NCBI GenBank assembly: GCA_947475875.1
Contig: CANJME010000014.1
Coordinates: 12,992-76,991, forward strand
Source of the DNA: Caulobacteraceae bacterium
Lineage (GTDB): Bacteria; Pseudomonadota; Alphaproteobacteria; Caulobacterales; Caulobacteraceae
Length of the DNA stretch: 64,000 bases
Direction of reading: 5' to 3'
The notes below the pieces were generated by a model that was not told where the DNA came from, did no database searches, and saw only the letters and a list, made by a program, of their open reading frames with translations. Below, piece by piece: positions 30,670 through 42,672 of this stretch. The number at the start of each line of letters is the position of its first letter. Position 1 is the first letter of the stretch. Position numbers and translations under genes: made by a program.

Positions 30670-32364
30670 TTAGACGAAGCTCGGCCGGGGCGCGGTCGGC
30701 ACCGCCTGGGCGATCATCCTCACCATGTCGCCGCGGTAGTTGTTCTCCACCCGCATGGTCTTGTCGAACACCATCGTGGCTCGTGTCGTCGAATTGTACG
30801 CAGGCCAGTCGGGGATCAGCGGGTTGTTCGGATTGCCGGTGGCCGCGAAGGCCGCCCAGACCGCCGCCGTGCGGTCGGCCATCAGCCGCCCGTCGGCGGA
30901 TCCTGAGCCGCACATGGGGTTGCGATAGAGGTGGAACGACGCATCAACGTCATGCCCGTGCACCGCCCCGTGTTTGCCGTTGAAGGACGGATTGGCCCAG
31001 TCCCAGACGTACATATAGGCCGGCGCCTTGTTCAGCGCCGCCTTGCGTTCGGCCTGGATCATCGAATTGCCGCGCGTGGCGTCAGTCATCGCCTCGGCGT
31101 TGGTCAGATAGGGCGTCTGGGTGGAGTTCTTGGCCTTGTAGGCCGCCAGGATCGCCGGCCCCCGCGCGCCGTAACGCTCGTTGAACGCGGCGGCGAGCTG
31201 GGCCTGGGTCATGTCGAAATTGGTCAGGCGCAGGGCCGCATCGTGCAGGGTGGTCGAGATGATCACCGGCACATCGGCCGATTCGGTCGGCGCGCCCGGG
31301 TCGAAAGGATGGTGAGGCAGGGCCCGGCCGTCGACCACCGGACTGAAAGCCGCGCCGGTCGTTTTGACCTGGGCTTCGAGGATCTGCTGCCAGGTGAGTT
31401 TCTGCAAGTTGCCGATGGTGGCCTTGGTGATGCCCAGCGTTTTCAGAAACGCCTCGGTGTCCTGGGCCGCCGCCTCGCGGGTGCGAGAGCGGATGGTCGA
31501 GCCGGACTGCACCGCCGCGCGTTGGAAGAGGCCCTTGGCGGAGGGAGTCGCGAGCAGGGTGGAGGTTTTCGAACCCCCGCCCGACTGGCCAAAGATCATC
31601 ACCCGGTTCTTGTCGCCGCCGAAGCGCTCGATGTTGTCGCGCACCCACTCCAGCGAGGCGACCATGTCGAGCAGGCCGACGTTGCCGGCGTCGGCGAAGG
31701 CCGCCGGCGCGCCGAAGTCGGTCAGGTGCAGATAGCCGTTGGCGGCCAGTCGGTGGTTCACCGTCACCACCACCACATTGTTCAGCCGCGCCATCTGGCC
31801 GCCGTCGTACATCGGGCCGTTGCCCGAGCCTGTCGTCCAGCCGCCGCCGTGGAAACTGACCAGCACGGGCCGCTTGGCGGCGTCGGCGGCCGGAGTCCAG
31901 ACATTGAGATTGAGGCAGTCTTCGCCCATGCCGCCCGTGCCGACGTGGCGATCCCACATGATCATCATCGAATAGTCTGACGCCATCGACGACTGGGTCT
32001 GGGGCGAGACGTGGGCGTAGCCGTAACATTCCTTCACGCCCGCCCACTTGGCCGGCTTCTTCGGCGGCATATAGCGATTCAAGCCACCGGTGGACGCGCC
32101 GTAGGGGATGCCCAGGAAGGTCTTGACGCCGGTGGCGCTGCCCGCATTGGCGAAACCGGAGACCTTTCCGTTGGTGGTCTCGACGGTCCAGAACACCGGG
32201 CCGGTTCCACCCCCGCCCAGGCCCGCGGCCGGAGCGGCCGGCGCGGCGGCAGCCGCCTGTTGGGCGTCGGCCTTGCTGGCCACGGCGCCGATGGCAGCCG
32301 CGACGGCCACACCGCTGATGATGTCGCGGCGACTCGCGCTCGCGTCGGACTTGATCTTGCTCAT
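30670..32364 (-). CDS. Type-B carboxylesterase/lipase family protein, Tat-exported
   Basis: Tat-like signal SRRDIISGVAVAAA. FGQSGGG nucleophile motif. Early GIPYG block. SD GGAGG upstream. Confidence 0.9.
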   Translation of the reverse strand: MSKIKSDASASRRDIISGVAVAAAIGAVASKADAQQAAAAAPAAPAAGLGGGGTGPVFWTVETTNGKVSGFANAGSATGVKTFLGIPYGASTGGLNRYMPPKKPAKWAGVKECYGYAHVSPQTQSSMASDYSMMIMWDRHVGTGGMGEDCLNLNVWTPAADAAKRPVLVSFHGGGWTTGSGNGPMYDGGQMARLNNVVVVTVNHRLAANGYLHLTDFGAPAAFADAGNVGLLDMVASLEWVRDNIERFGGDKNRVMIFGQSGGGSKTSTLLATPSAKGLFQRAAVQSGSTIRSRTREAAAQDTEAFLKTLGITKATIGNLQKLTWQQILEAQVKTTGAAFSPVVDGRALPHHPFDPGAPTESADVPVIISTTLHDAALRLTNFDMTQAQLAAAFNERYGARGPAILAAYKAKNSTQTPYLTNAEAMTDATRGNSMIQAERKAALNKAPAYMYVWDWANPSFNGKHGAVHGHDVDASFHLYRNPMCGSGSADGRLMADRTAAVWAAFAATGNPNNPLIPDWPAYNSTTRATMVFDKTMRVENNYRGDMVRMIAQAVPTAPRPSFV

Positions 32365-32451
32365 GGTTCTTCCTCCCCAACCAGTCGTTCGCTGGTCTTC
32401 AGGCAGAAAGGTTAGGCGCCAAATCCCGGAGGCGTCAAATTTCCAGTCAAC

Positions 32452-34026
32452 TTAGAACGTAAGTGCTCGGGCTTCTTTCACCTGCGGCAGAGCGCAGACC
32501 TTGGCGAGCAGGGCGTCGGTGGGGGCCGAGTCGATACCGACCAGGGCGATGGCGTCTTCGCCCGGGCCGCGGCGGCCGAGGTTGAAGGTGGCGATGTTGA
32601 CGCCCGCCTCGCCCAGGAGGCCGCCCAGGGCGCCGATGAAGCCCGGCTTGTCGAGGTTGTTGATATAGAGCATGGCCGGCGAGAAGGCCGCGTCCAGCTC
32701 CATACCTTTCACTTCGACGATACGGGGGCTGCCGCCCACCACCGAGCCCGCGAACGAGCGCTTGCCCATTTCGGTGGTGACGGTGATGCGGATCAGGCTG
32801 TCATAGACGGGGCTCTCGTCCTGACGGCTTTCCGAGACAGTGATGCCGCGCTCTTTGGCGATGGCCGGGGCCGAGACCATGTTGACCTCTTCCAGCATGG
32901 GCTTGAGCACGCCGGCCAGCGAGGTGGCGGTCAGCGGCTTGACGTTCAGCTTGGCGACCTCGCCCTCGTAGGCGATGTCGATGGCCGTGACGCCCACGTC
33001 GACCATCTGGCCGGCGAAGGCGCCCAGCGCCGCCGAAAGGGCGATGAAGGGCTTCAACCGCGGAGCTTCCTCGGCGCCGACCGAGGGGGAGTTCAGGGCG
33101 TTGGTGACGGCGCCGGTCAGGAGGTAGTCGGAGATCTGCTCGGAAACCTGCAGGGCGACGTTTTCCTGGGCCTCGAGGGTCGAGGCGCCGAGGTGCGGCG
33201 TGCAAACCACCTTGTCCGAGCCGAACAGGGGGTTTTCTTTCGCCGGCTCCACGGAAAAGACGTCGAAAGCCGCGCCGCCGATGTGGCCCTCGTCGATCAG
33301 TTTGCGCAGGGCAACCTCGTCGACCAGCCCGCCGCGGGCGCAGTTGATAATCCGCACCCCCTTCTTGGTCTTGGCGAGGTTTTCCGCCGACAGGATGTTG
33401 CGGGTCTTGTCGGTCAGCGGGGTGTGCAGGGTGATGAAGTCGGCGCGGGCCAGCAGCTCGTCCAGTTCGACCTTCTCGACGCCGATCTCGACGGCGCGCT
33501 CTGGCGCCAGGAACGGGTCATAGGCGATGACCTTCATGCGCAGGCCCAGCGCCCGGTCGGCGACGATCGAGCCGATATTGCCGGCCCCGATCAGGCCCAG
33601 GGTCTTGGCCGTCAGCTCGACACCCATGAAGCGGTTCTTTTCCCACTTGCCGGCCTGGGTCGAGGCGTCGGCGGCGGGCAGGTCCCGCGCGATGGCGAAC
33701 ATCATGGCGATGGCGTGCTCGGCGGTGGTGATCGAATTGCCGAACGGGGTGTTCATGACGATCACGCCCTTGGCGGTGGCGGCGGGAATATCGACATTGT
33801 CGACGCCGATGCCGGCCCGGGCGATGACCTTCAGCTTCTTGGCGGCGGCGATGACGTCCTTGTCGATCTTGGCGCCCGAACGGATGGCGAAGGCGTCATA
33901 GTCGCCGGCGATGGCGATCAGCTCGTCCTTGGAAAGGCCGACCTTGATGTCGAAATCGACGCCGCGCTGCTTGAAGATGTCGACGGCGGCGGGGGAGAGT
34001 TTGTCGGCGATGAGTACGCGGGGCAT
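32452..34026 (-). CDS. serA: D-3-phosphoglycerate dehydrogenase (long form with ACT domain)
   Basis: NAD-binding GLIGAGNIGS. Catalytic region and C-terminal ASB/ACT domains. Confidence 0.95.
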   Translation of the reverse strand: MPRVLIADKLSPAAVDIFKQRGVDFDIKVGLSKDELIAIAGDYDAFAIRSGAKIDKDVIAAAKKLKVIARAGIGVDNVDIPAATAKGVIVMNTPFGNSITTAEHAIAMMFAIARDLPAADASTQAGKWEKNRFMGVELTAKTLGLIGAGNIGSIVADRALGLRMKVIAYDPFLAPERAVEIGVEKVELDELLARADFITLHTPLTDKTRNILSAENLAKTKKGVRIINCARGGLVDEVALRKLIDEGHIGGAAFDVFSVEPAKENPLFGSDKVVCTPHLGASTLEAQENVALQVSEQISDYLLTGAVTNALNSPSVGAEEAPRLKPFIALSAALGAFAGQMVDVGVTAIDIAYEGEVAKLNVKPLTATSLAGVLKPMLEEVNMVSAPAIAKERGITVSESRQDESPVYDSLIRITVTTEMGKRSFAGSVVGGSPRIVEVKGMELDAAFSPAMLYINNLDKPGFIGALGGLLGEAGVNIATFNLGRRGPGEDAIALVGIDSAPTDALLAKVCALPQVKEARALTF

Positions 34027-34074
34027 GTGAGCCTCCTCGTTGCGAGTGAATGAATGAACGGAAAGTGGCGCGGC

Positions 34075-35247
34075 CTAAGCCGGCGCCAGGTCCGAAACGG
34101 TCTGGTCGAAGGCCCAGTCGAGCCAGGGCGTCAGCGCGTCGAGATCGGTAGCTTCCACCGTCGCCCCGCACCAGATGCGAAGGCCCGGAGGCGCGTCGCG
34201 ATAGCCGCCGACGTCAAGCGCGGCGCCTTCCTTTTCGAGCAAGGACGCGAGCTTCTTGGCGAACTCAGCCTGGCCGTCGTCGGAGAGCCCGGTGACGCGC
34301 GGATCGACCACCTTCAGGCACACCGAAGTGTTCGAACGGATGGCCTTGGACGAGGGCAGGAATTCCACCCACGGGGTCTTGTCCACCCAGGCTTCAAGCA
34401 CCGCCAGATTGGCGCCTGCCCGGCGCTGCAGTTCAGCCAGGCCGCCGATGGCCGAGGCCCACTTCAGGGCGTCGATATAGTCTTCGACGCACAGCATGGA
34501 CGGCGTGTTGATGGTGGCGCCCTCGAAGATATCGAGAGAAACCTTGCCGCCCTTGGTCATGCGGAACAGCTTGGGCATCGGCCAGGGCGGGGAATAGCTT
34601 TCCAGCCGGGCGACCGCGCGGGGCGAGAGGATCAGCACGCCGTGCGCGCCCTCGCCGCCCATGGCCTTCTGCCAGGAGAAGGTGACCACATCGAGCTTGG
34701 CGAAATCGAGGTCCTGGGCGAAGGCCGCGCTGGTGGCGTCGCAGATCGTCACGCCCTCGCGGTCGGCGGAAATAAAGTCGGCGTTGGACACGCGCACGCC
34801 AGAGGTCGTGCCGTTCCACGTGAAAACCAGGTCTTTTTTCGGATCGACCTTGGTCAAATCGGGCAGCTCGCCATAGGCCGCGCTCAGGGTCTCGACGTCC
34901 GCCAGCTTCAGCTGTTTGGTGACGTCCGTCACCCAGTCCTTGCCGAAGGATTCAAAGGCCAGCAGCTGCACCGGCCGCGGGCCCAGCATCGACCACATGG
35001 CCATCTCGACGGCGCCGGTGTCGGAACCGGGTACGATGCCGATCAGATAATCGGCGGGAACCTGCAGCACCTCACGGGTGCGGTCGATGGCTTCCTTCAG
35101 CCGCGCCTTGCCCAGTTTTGAGCGGTGCGAGCGGCCGAGAACCGCATTCGACAGATTTTCAGGTTTCCATCCGGGTCTCTTGGCGCAGGGGCCGGAAGAG
35201 AATTCGGGACGTGCCGGGCGCATGGCCGGCTTGGCGGCGGTGGTCAT
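34075..35247 (-). CDS. serC: Phosphoserine aminotransferase
   Basis: Class V aminotransferase directly upstream of serA. ATG at 35247 is preceded by GGGAGA. Confidence 0.9.
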   Translation of the reverse strand: MTTAAKPAMRPARPEFSSGPCAKRPGWKPENLSNAVLGRSHRSKLGKARLKEAIDRTREVLQVPADYLIGIVPGSDTGAVEMAMWSMLGPRPVQLLAFESFGKDWVTDVTKQLKLADVETLSAAYGELPDLTKVDPKKDLVFTWNGTTSGVRVSNADFISADREGVTICDATSAAFAQDLDFAKLDVVTFSWQKAMGGEGAHGVLILSPRAVARLESYSPPWPMPKLFRMTKGGKVSLDIFEGATINTPSMLCVEDYIDALKWASAIGGLAELQRRAGANLAVLEAWVDKTPWVEFLPSSKAIRSNTSVCLKVVDPRVTGLSDDGQAEFAKKLASLLEKEGAALDVGGYRDAPPGLRIWCGATVEATDLDALTPWLDWAFDQTVSDLAPA

Positions 35248-35481
35248 ATCGATGTCTCCCATCCTTACAGATGAGCAGCATCCCGTTGGGGGGATGTGGC
35301 CCGCCGCGGGACATAGGGGGGAATCATGAAGAAAGCGAGGGAGAAACCGCGCCGCACGAGCGGAATTTTAGATGAACCGGCGATGACCAAACCCGTTCAG
35401 GCGCGTTTCAGGCTCCAGATGCTGAATTTGTCTCATGGCGAGGCGGTATGTCCCTGCCCTGAAATTCAAAGGAGTTGACCC

Positions 35482-36207
35482 ATGAAAAAGATTGTCTCCA
35501 CCCTGCTGATCGGCGCCGCGCTTGCCGCCGCCGTTCCGGCCGTCACTTTCGCCCAGCCATATGGACGCGGTCCGGGTCCTGGCCCCAGCTATGATCCGAA
35601 CCCTGGACGTGGCTACGACCCCTACCCCGGCCCCGGACGTGGCAACGGCTACGATCCCAACCCTGGCCGTGGGCGCGGTCCCGGCTGGGACAACGACCGC
35701 TATCCGACCCCCCGCCGGATCGCCGAGCGCGAAGCCAATATCGCGCAAGGGATCGACGAGGGCGAACGCCGCGGCGGCTTGACCCGCGACGAGGCCTGGC
35801 GCCTGCGCGGCCAGCTGCGCGATGTTCAGCACATTGAAGACGGCTATCGCCGGGGCGGGTTCTCGGACAAGGAAATCCGCGACCTCAATCGCCGCCTTGA
35901 TGTGCTGGTCAGCACGCTCGACCGTGAACGCCGCGATGGCGACCAGCGCGGCGACCAGATCAGCGAGCGCCTGACCCGCATCGAGGCCAACATCAATGAG
36001 GGCGCCCGCCGCGGCGGCCTGACCTGGCAGGAAGCGGCCCGACTGCGCGCCGATCTCGAAAACCTGCGCTGGCGGGTGGCCAACGCCCGGCGCAGCGGCG
36101 ATGGTCTGGACTCACGCGAGCGAGCCGACCTGAACCGCAGACTCGACCAGCTGGCCAACGAAGTCGAGCGTCAGCGCCGCGATAACCAGTCGCGCGGCCG
36201 CTACTAG
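35482..36207 (+). CDS. Secreted repeat protein (PGRGYDP-type low-complexity N-terminus plus two ~75-aa helical LTxxE/Q repeats)
   Basis: Strong SD AAAGGAG. Signal peptide ending TFAQP. Internal duplication: ANIAQGIDEGERRGGLTRDEAWRLR... versus ANINEGARRGGLTWQEAARLR..., each ending in LNRRLD. Confidence 0.7.
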   Translation: MKKIVSTLLIGAALAAAVPAVTFAQPYGRGPGPGPSYDPNPGRGYDPYPGPGRGNGYDPNPGRGRGPGWDNDRYPTPRRIAEREANIAQGIDEGERRGGLTRDEAWRLRGQLRDVQHIEDGYRRGGFSDKEIRDLNRRLDVLVSTLDRERRDGDQRGDQISERLTRIEANINEGARRGGLTWQEAARLRADLENLRWRVANARRSGDGLDSRERADLNRRLDQLANEVERQRRDNQSRGRY

Positions 36208-36217
36208 GTCCCAAGCC

Positions 36218-36910
36218 CTAGGGTCTGAGTTTGGGCTCCGGCGATGGCGGTGACGCCGCCGCCGGTTGTCCTTTGGCCTGGGCCAGACTGGCGGCCAGGG
36301 CGTTCAGATCGAGCGGTTTGGGCTCGGTTTTGGCCGCCGCCTTGACCTCGGGCGCCGGGGGGGTGGCCTTCGGCGCTGCCGCGGGCGCCGCCGGCGCCGG
36401 GACGGCCGCCACGGGCGGTGGTCCGGTCATCGCCTTGTAGAGCAGGTCGATGTTGGCGACCCGGTTGGTCGATGGTGGTTGCTCGGCGTTGCACAGCAGG
36501 CGGCGATAGAGCGCGGCGGCGCCCTGCAAGGCGGTCATCTCCATCCACAGGCCATCCTCGCGCTCGCTGATCAGACGGCCATCCTTGTCGAGCACCGCCG
36601 ATTTCGACCAGCGGTAACGATTGCCGCGACACTCGAATTCAAGCCGCTCGGCCAGGAAGCTGTAGGCGCCTCCGGTCCCGGCGCGGGCCTGCTGATAGTA
36701 GGTGACGGTATTGATGCCCATGATGCCGGTGCCGATATCGACGTACCGCGAGGCTTCATCATAGGCGACGGCGCCGCCATTGATCGGAAACCAGAACCAG
36801 CGCTGCGGCGGCGGGGCCTGGGCCGCCAGCGGCAGCAAGAGGACGATCAGCCCAAGTCGGAAAAGCCGTTTCACGCGCCTAGATACCCGAAAAGACGCCC
36901 CTTGCGTCAA
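36218..36910 (-). CDS. Hypothetical exported protein with C-terminal Pro/Ala/Lys-rich tail
   Basis: Signal-like LGLIVLLLPLAAQA. Globular ~120-aa domain (YVDIGTG...LEFECRGNRYRW), then a PA-rich region. The TTG start at 36910 overlaps the thiD stop. GTG at 36874 is an alternative start. Confidence 0.55.
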   Translation of the reverse strand: MTQGASFRVSRRVKRLFRLGLIVLLLPLAAQAPPPQRWFWFPINGGAVAYDEASRYVDIGTGIMGINTVTYYQQARAGTGGAYSFLAERLEFECRGNRYRWSKSAVLDKDGRLISEREDGLWMEMTALQGAAALYRRLLCNAEQPPSTNRVANIDLLYKAMTGPPPVAAVPAPAAPAAAPKATPPAPEVKAAAKTEPKPLDLNALAASLAQAKGQPAAASPPSPEPKLRP

Positions 36911-37698
36911 CTGTGACGCAAAGTCCAGCCATGGTCCAGCGGCCCGTGACCGGCGCCAAGGCCCGGCGCCGACCGGATCGCCTCGGCGACGTAGGCCCAG
37001 GCCCGGGCGACCGCCCCCTCCAGCAGCAGGCCTTGGGCCAGTCCGGCCGCACAGGCGGAGGCAAGCGTGCAGCCGGTGCCGTGGGTGTGGCGGGTTTCGA
37101 TGCGCTCGGCCTCGAAGAGGGTCTCGCCGTCGGCGGTCATCAGGATATCGACGATGCGCGGGCCTTCGATATGGCCGCCCTTCATCAGCACCGCACGGGC
37201 GCCCAGGGCCAGCAGAGCCTCGCCCGCCCGGCGCAGGTCGTCGGTGGTGGCGCAGGCAAGGCCAGTCAGGGCGGCGGCCTCCGGCGCATTGGGAGTCAAC
37301 AGACTGGCGCGTGGGATCATAAGATCGCGAACCGCGGCGATAGCGACCGGGTCCAGCAGGGATGCGCCGCCCTTGGCGATCATCACCGGATCGATCACTA
37401 CCGGGACGCCGGCTTCATCCAGCAGGGCGGCGACGGCTTCGACCACCGCGCGCGATCCCAGCATGCCGGTCTTGATGGTGTCGGCGCCGATATCAGAGAG
37501 CACCGCCCGCGCCTGGGCGGCGATGATGTCCGGCGGTATTTCATGGACCGCAGAAACGCCCAGGGTGTTCTGCACGGTTACCGCGGTGATGGCCGTGGCG
37601 GCGTAACCGCCCAGCATGGTCACCGTCTTGATGTCGGCCTGGACCCCGGCCCCGCCGCCCGAGTCGGAGCCCGCGATGATAAGAACCCGGCCCTTCAT
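36907..37698 (-). CDS. thiD: Hydroxymethylpyrimidine / phosphomethylpyrimidine kinase
   Basis: IAGSDSGGGAGVQADIKT motif. 4-nt overlap with folP. Confidence 0.9.
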   Translation of the reverse strand: MKGRVLIIAGSDSGGGAGVQADIKTVTMLGGYAATAITAVTVQNTLGVSAVHEIPPDIIAAQARAVLSDIGADTIKTGMLGSRAVVEAVAALLDEAGVPVVIDPVMIAKGGASLLDPVAIAAVRDLMIPRASLLTPNAPEAAALTGLACATTDDLRRAGEALLALGARAVLMKGGHIEGPRIVDILMTADGETLFEAERIETRHTHGTGCTLASACAAGLAQGLLLEGAVARAWAYVAEAIRSAPGLGAGHGPLDHGWTLRHS

Positions 37699-38489
37699 GA
37701 ACGCATCGCCTCCCAGACCTTAAGGGCCTGGGCGGTCTCGCGCACATCGTGGGCGCGCAGGATGGCGACGCCCGCATCCGCCCCGCGCAGGGCGGCGGCG
37801 ATGGAGCCGCCAATACGGTCACGGGGGTCTTCAGCGGTCGGATCGATGGCGCGTACGAACCGCTTGCGGCTGACGCCCAGCACCACGGGAAAGCCCAGGG
37901 CGACGATGTTTTCGAGGTTCGCCAGCAGCGACAGATTGTGCTCCAGCGCCTTGCCGAAACCGATGCCCGGATCGACAAGGATGTGTTCCCGCCGAACGCC
38001 TGCCGCAACGGCGGCCTGCGCTCGCACCGCCAGGAATTCGCCGACTTCGCGAACGGGATCCTCATAGCTCGGGTTCTGCTGCATGGTCTGAGGATTGCCC
38101 TGCATATGCATCAGCACCACCCGGCAATTCAGGGCGGCGGCGGCTTCCAGCGCGCCGGGCGCCGCCAGGGCCGATACGTCGTTCCACATCGTCGCCCCCG
38201 CTGCGATGGCCGCTCTGGCGACCGCCGGTTTCATGGTGTCGATGGAAAGCGCCGCGCCCTTGCCCTGCAGGCCTTCGATGACCGGCAACACCCGCCGAAG
38301 CTCCTCGTCCTCAGCCACGGAATCCGCGCCGGGCCGGGTAGACTCCCCGCCGATATCGAGCAGTTCGGCGCCTTGACTGATCAGCTTCAGCCCGTGCGCG
38401 ATGGCGTCGGCCGGATCGGCGTAGAGCCCGCCATCGGAAAAGCTGTCCGGCGTGACATTGACCACGCCCATGACCTGAGGCCGGGACAT
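37695..38489 (-). CDS. folP: Dihydropteroate synthase
   Basis: MGVVNVTPDSFSDGG start and the DIGGESTRPG motif. Confidence 0.9.
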   Translation of the reverse strand: MSRPQVMGVVNVTPDSFSDGGLYADPADAIAHGLKLISQGAELLDIGGESTRPGADSVAEDEELRRVLPVIEGLQGKGAALSIDTMKPAVARAAIAAGATMWNDVSALAAPGALEAAAALNCRVVLMHMQGNPQTMQQNPSYEDPVREVGEFLAVRAQAAVAAGVRREHILVDPGIGFGKALEHNLSLLANLENIVALGFPVVLGVSRKRFVRAIDPTAEDPRDRIGGSIAAALRGADAGVAILRAHDVRETAQALKVWEAMRS

Positions 38490-38496
38490 CCCGGCG

Positions 38497-40389
<1,893 letters not shown>

Positions 40390-40456
40390 AAGCGGTTTCC
40401 GTGTATCCGTTGGGTGACTACATAGGACTGGGCGGCGGATTTCGCCATGGAATCCC

Positions 40457-41620
40457 TTAAAGTTGACCTTCCCGCGCGATAAGGCCGCACGCCGCCCCAA
40501 AACGCGCCGGAACAAGCCAATGCGCTTCATCGCCGGAGCCTGATGCAAGGATCGGGCAAGTCGCCGTCCCATCCTGACGCAGGATGAGCGGCCCGGCGGC
40601 GCCCGCCCGGACCGCATAACGCCCATCCCAGATAGCGCTCTCGCCGGCCGCAATGACCAGCGGAGCAAGGCCCCGGCGCGCCATGTCGCCGCCATTGCGG
40701 GTGAAGGTGATCTGATCTTCGCTCGCGCGGATGCTCGCCCCGGCCAGGGTGGCTTTCACCGGCTCTGAACGGGCCAGCACGTCGCAAAGCCGGGAGATGC
40801 GCGCCGCGCGCGGAATGGCTGAGCCGCCTCCGGTACAGACGGCCGCGGCGCCGGCAACCCGCCTGCGCGCCTCGCTGGCCGCCTCCTGGAAGGCGGCGCG
40901 GGGAAGGTTGATCTGACCGGCATCGAAGGTCGCCAGCGCGGCGAGGGCGAAGGGCGGCGGGGCCTGACGCTGAACGGCCCCGGATGACGTTCGCAGCGTC
41001 AGCCGGGCCCGGACACGCGGATGGCGCTCGTCACTATTGGCCGGATCGTCGATCCAGGTCGCGCCGTCGCCAGCCAGCCTTTGACGCACCGCCCCGCGGG
41101 TAAGACTGATCAGCGGCCGAAACATGAAAATCCCTCGCCCCTCGGGCCAGGCGGGAGACGCCGACCATTCTTCCAGACGGCCCTGGCCCAGCACGGCGTT
41201 TTCGGCCTCGTCCGAGGCGGTGTGTCCGGTGACGATGACGCGGGCGCCAGCGGCCCGCGCCGCCTCGGCCAGCAGGCGGTGACGCGCGTCCCGCGCGGCG
41301 GCCGGCAGTCCGCTGGCGGGATAGGGACCGCGCCAGGCGAGCGTGCGGGCCTCAGCGCCCAGGTCCTGCGCGGCTCTGGCGGCGAAAGCGGTCCACTCGG
41401 CGCTTTGCGGCTGCAGGCCATGATCGACGATGAGCGCGATAACGGCCCGACCATGCTCGCGCGCCCAGGTGAGGGTCAGGCGCAGGGCCAGGAGGGAATC
41501 GGCGCCGCCGGAAAGGGCCACGGCGAGCGGGTTTCGCGACCCAGGTTCCAACCGCCGGTCGAACGGCGCAAGGTCTGCGTCTTCGCCGGCCTTGGCCGCG
41601 CGAGCCGGGTTCAGGTGCAA
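40457..41620 (-). CDS. tilS: tRNA(Ile)-lysidine synthase
   Basis: PP-loop [18 protein letters not shown] start overlapping the cpoB stop, so the exact start is uncertain. Confidence 0.8.
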   Translation of the reverse strand: MHLNPARAAKAGEDADLAPFDRRLEPGSRNPLAVALSGGADSLLALRLTLTWAREHGRAVIALIVDHGLQPQSAEWTAFAARAAQDLGAEARTLAWRGPYPASGLPAAARDARHRLLAEAARAAGARVIVTGHTASDEAENAVLGQGRLEEWSASPAWPEGRGIFMFRPLISLTRGAVRQRLAGDGATWIDDPANSDERHPRVRARLTLRTSSGAVQRQAPPPFALAALATFDAGQINLPRAAFQEAASEARRRVAGAAAVCTGGGSAIPRAARISRLCDVLARSEPVKATLAGASIRASEDQITFTRNGGDMARRGLAPLVIAAGESAIWDGRYAVRAGAAGPLILRQDGTATCPILASGSGDEAHWLVPARFGAACGLIAREGQL

Positions 41621-42507
41621 CGGGCCCGCGTGCGGGCGGCCCTGGCCTGGGTCTTCAGCGCCGTGGTCGCATTGGGATAGTGCTGGTCGAACTGGCCCAG
41701 CACGTCGCAGGCGTCGGAATTGCGTTTCAGTTCGATCAGCGACGTGCCCAGCTTGATCATGGCGTCCGGCGCCCAGACCGTGGTCGGCCAGCCGGCGATG
41801 GAGGCGATATAGGCCTGGGCGGCGTCGAGATAGCCGCCCTGTTTGTAGAGCGCTTCGCCCAGCTGATAGTTGGCCTGGGGCGCGTTGGGATCGTTCGGGT
41901 GAGCGGCAATGAAGGCGCGGAAGCTGTTCGCCGCCTCGCTATAGCGCCCGTCGATATAGAGTTGCATGCCCTGGCTGTACTGGATCATCGGATCCTGGGC
42001 GCGTTGGGCTGCTTCAGCCGCGGCCGCCGCATCGGCCGCGGCGCGGTCGGCATTGGCCTTGGTCAGGGCGGCGATGGATTTGTCGACGCCGTCGAGACGA
42101 GCCGCCAGGGCGGTGTTGGTCTGGCGCAGCGAGGTCATGGTCGCAGCGTCCGTAGCGGCCTCACGGCGCAGGCCGGCGATGTCGGTGGCGAGCGCATCGA
42201 TCTGGCTGTTCAGCCGTTTCAGCGTCTCCTGCAGATCGGCGATGCGGGTGTCGAGGGTGGAGACCTGGCCTTGCGTCTCGGCCGGCTGAACCACCACGGG
42301 CCGGCCGGTGTCGCGGCCCTGGAACAGGATGGCCCGCATTTCGCGCAAGGATTGCTCCATGCGGTCCAGCCGCCGGTCGGCGCTCTCGCCCAGGGCGCGG
42401 GGCAGGGGATCGGTCAGGGCGTCGAGCTGGGCCGAGACTGGCCCGGCAACGATCAGGCTGCCCAGGGTCAGGGCCAGCAAGGTGAGAAGGGGCTTGGTCA
42501 TGCTCAA
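41611..42507 (-). CDS. cpoB: Tol-Pal system protein CpoB/YbgF
   Basis: Signal peptide, coiled-coil N-domain and C-terminal TPR (YQLGEALYKQGGY). Position is directly after pal. Confidence 0.85.
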   Translation of the reverse strand: MSMTKPLLTLLALTLGSLIVAGPVSAQLDALTDPLPRALGESADRRLDRMEQSLREMRAILFQGRDTGRPVVVQPAETQGQVSTLDTRIADLQETLKRLNSQIDALATDIAGLRREAATDAATMTSLRQTNTALAARLDGVDKSIAALTKANADRAAADAAAAAEAAQRAQDPMIQYSQGMQLYIDGRYSEAANSFRAFIAAHPNDPNAPQANYQLGEALYKQGGYLDAAQAYIASIAGWPTTVWAPDAMIKLGTSLIELKRNSDACDVLGQFDQHYPNATTALKTQARAARTRARCT

Positions 42508-42540
42508 GTCGATATCCGTGAACAGGGCCGATATTGCGGC

Positions 42541-42582
42541 GGAAAATCAAAGGCCGTCCGGGCTGACCAGCCCGGACGGCCC
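42541..42582 (-). terminator. Intrinsic terminator between pal and cpoB
   Basis: 13-bp GC-rich stem ggccgtccgggct / agcccggacggcc with a 4-nt loop. On the minus strand it is followed by TTTGATTTTCC. Confidence 0.6.
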
Positions 42583-42672
42583 TTATCTTAGCGTGGCCGG
42601 CGGCGAATCCTAGAGCGCGTTCCGATAAGTGGGAACCGGTTATCGGAACAAAACGCGCGCCAAAACAAACGT

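Noticed and set aside
37695-38496. Possible TPP riboswitch controlling thiD
   Set aside because: thiD overlaps folP by 4 nt, and folP follows ftsH by 7 nt. There is no leader in which a riboswitch could reside.
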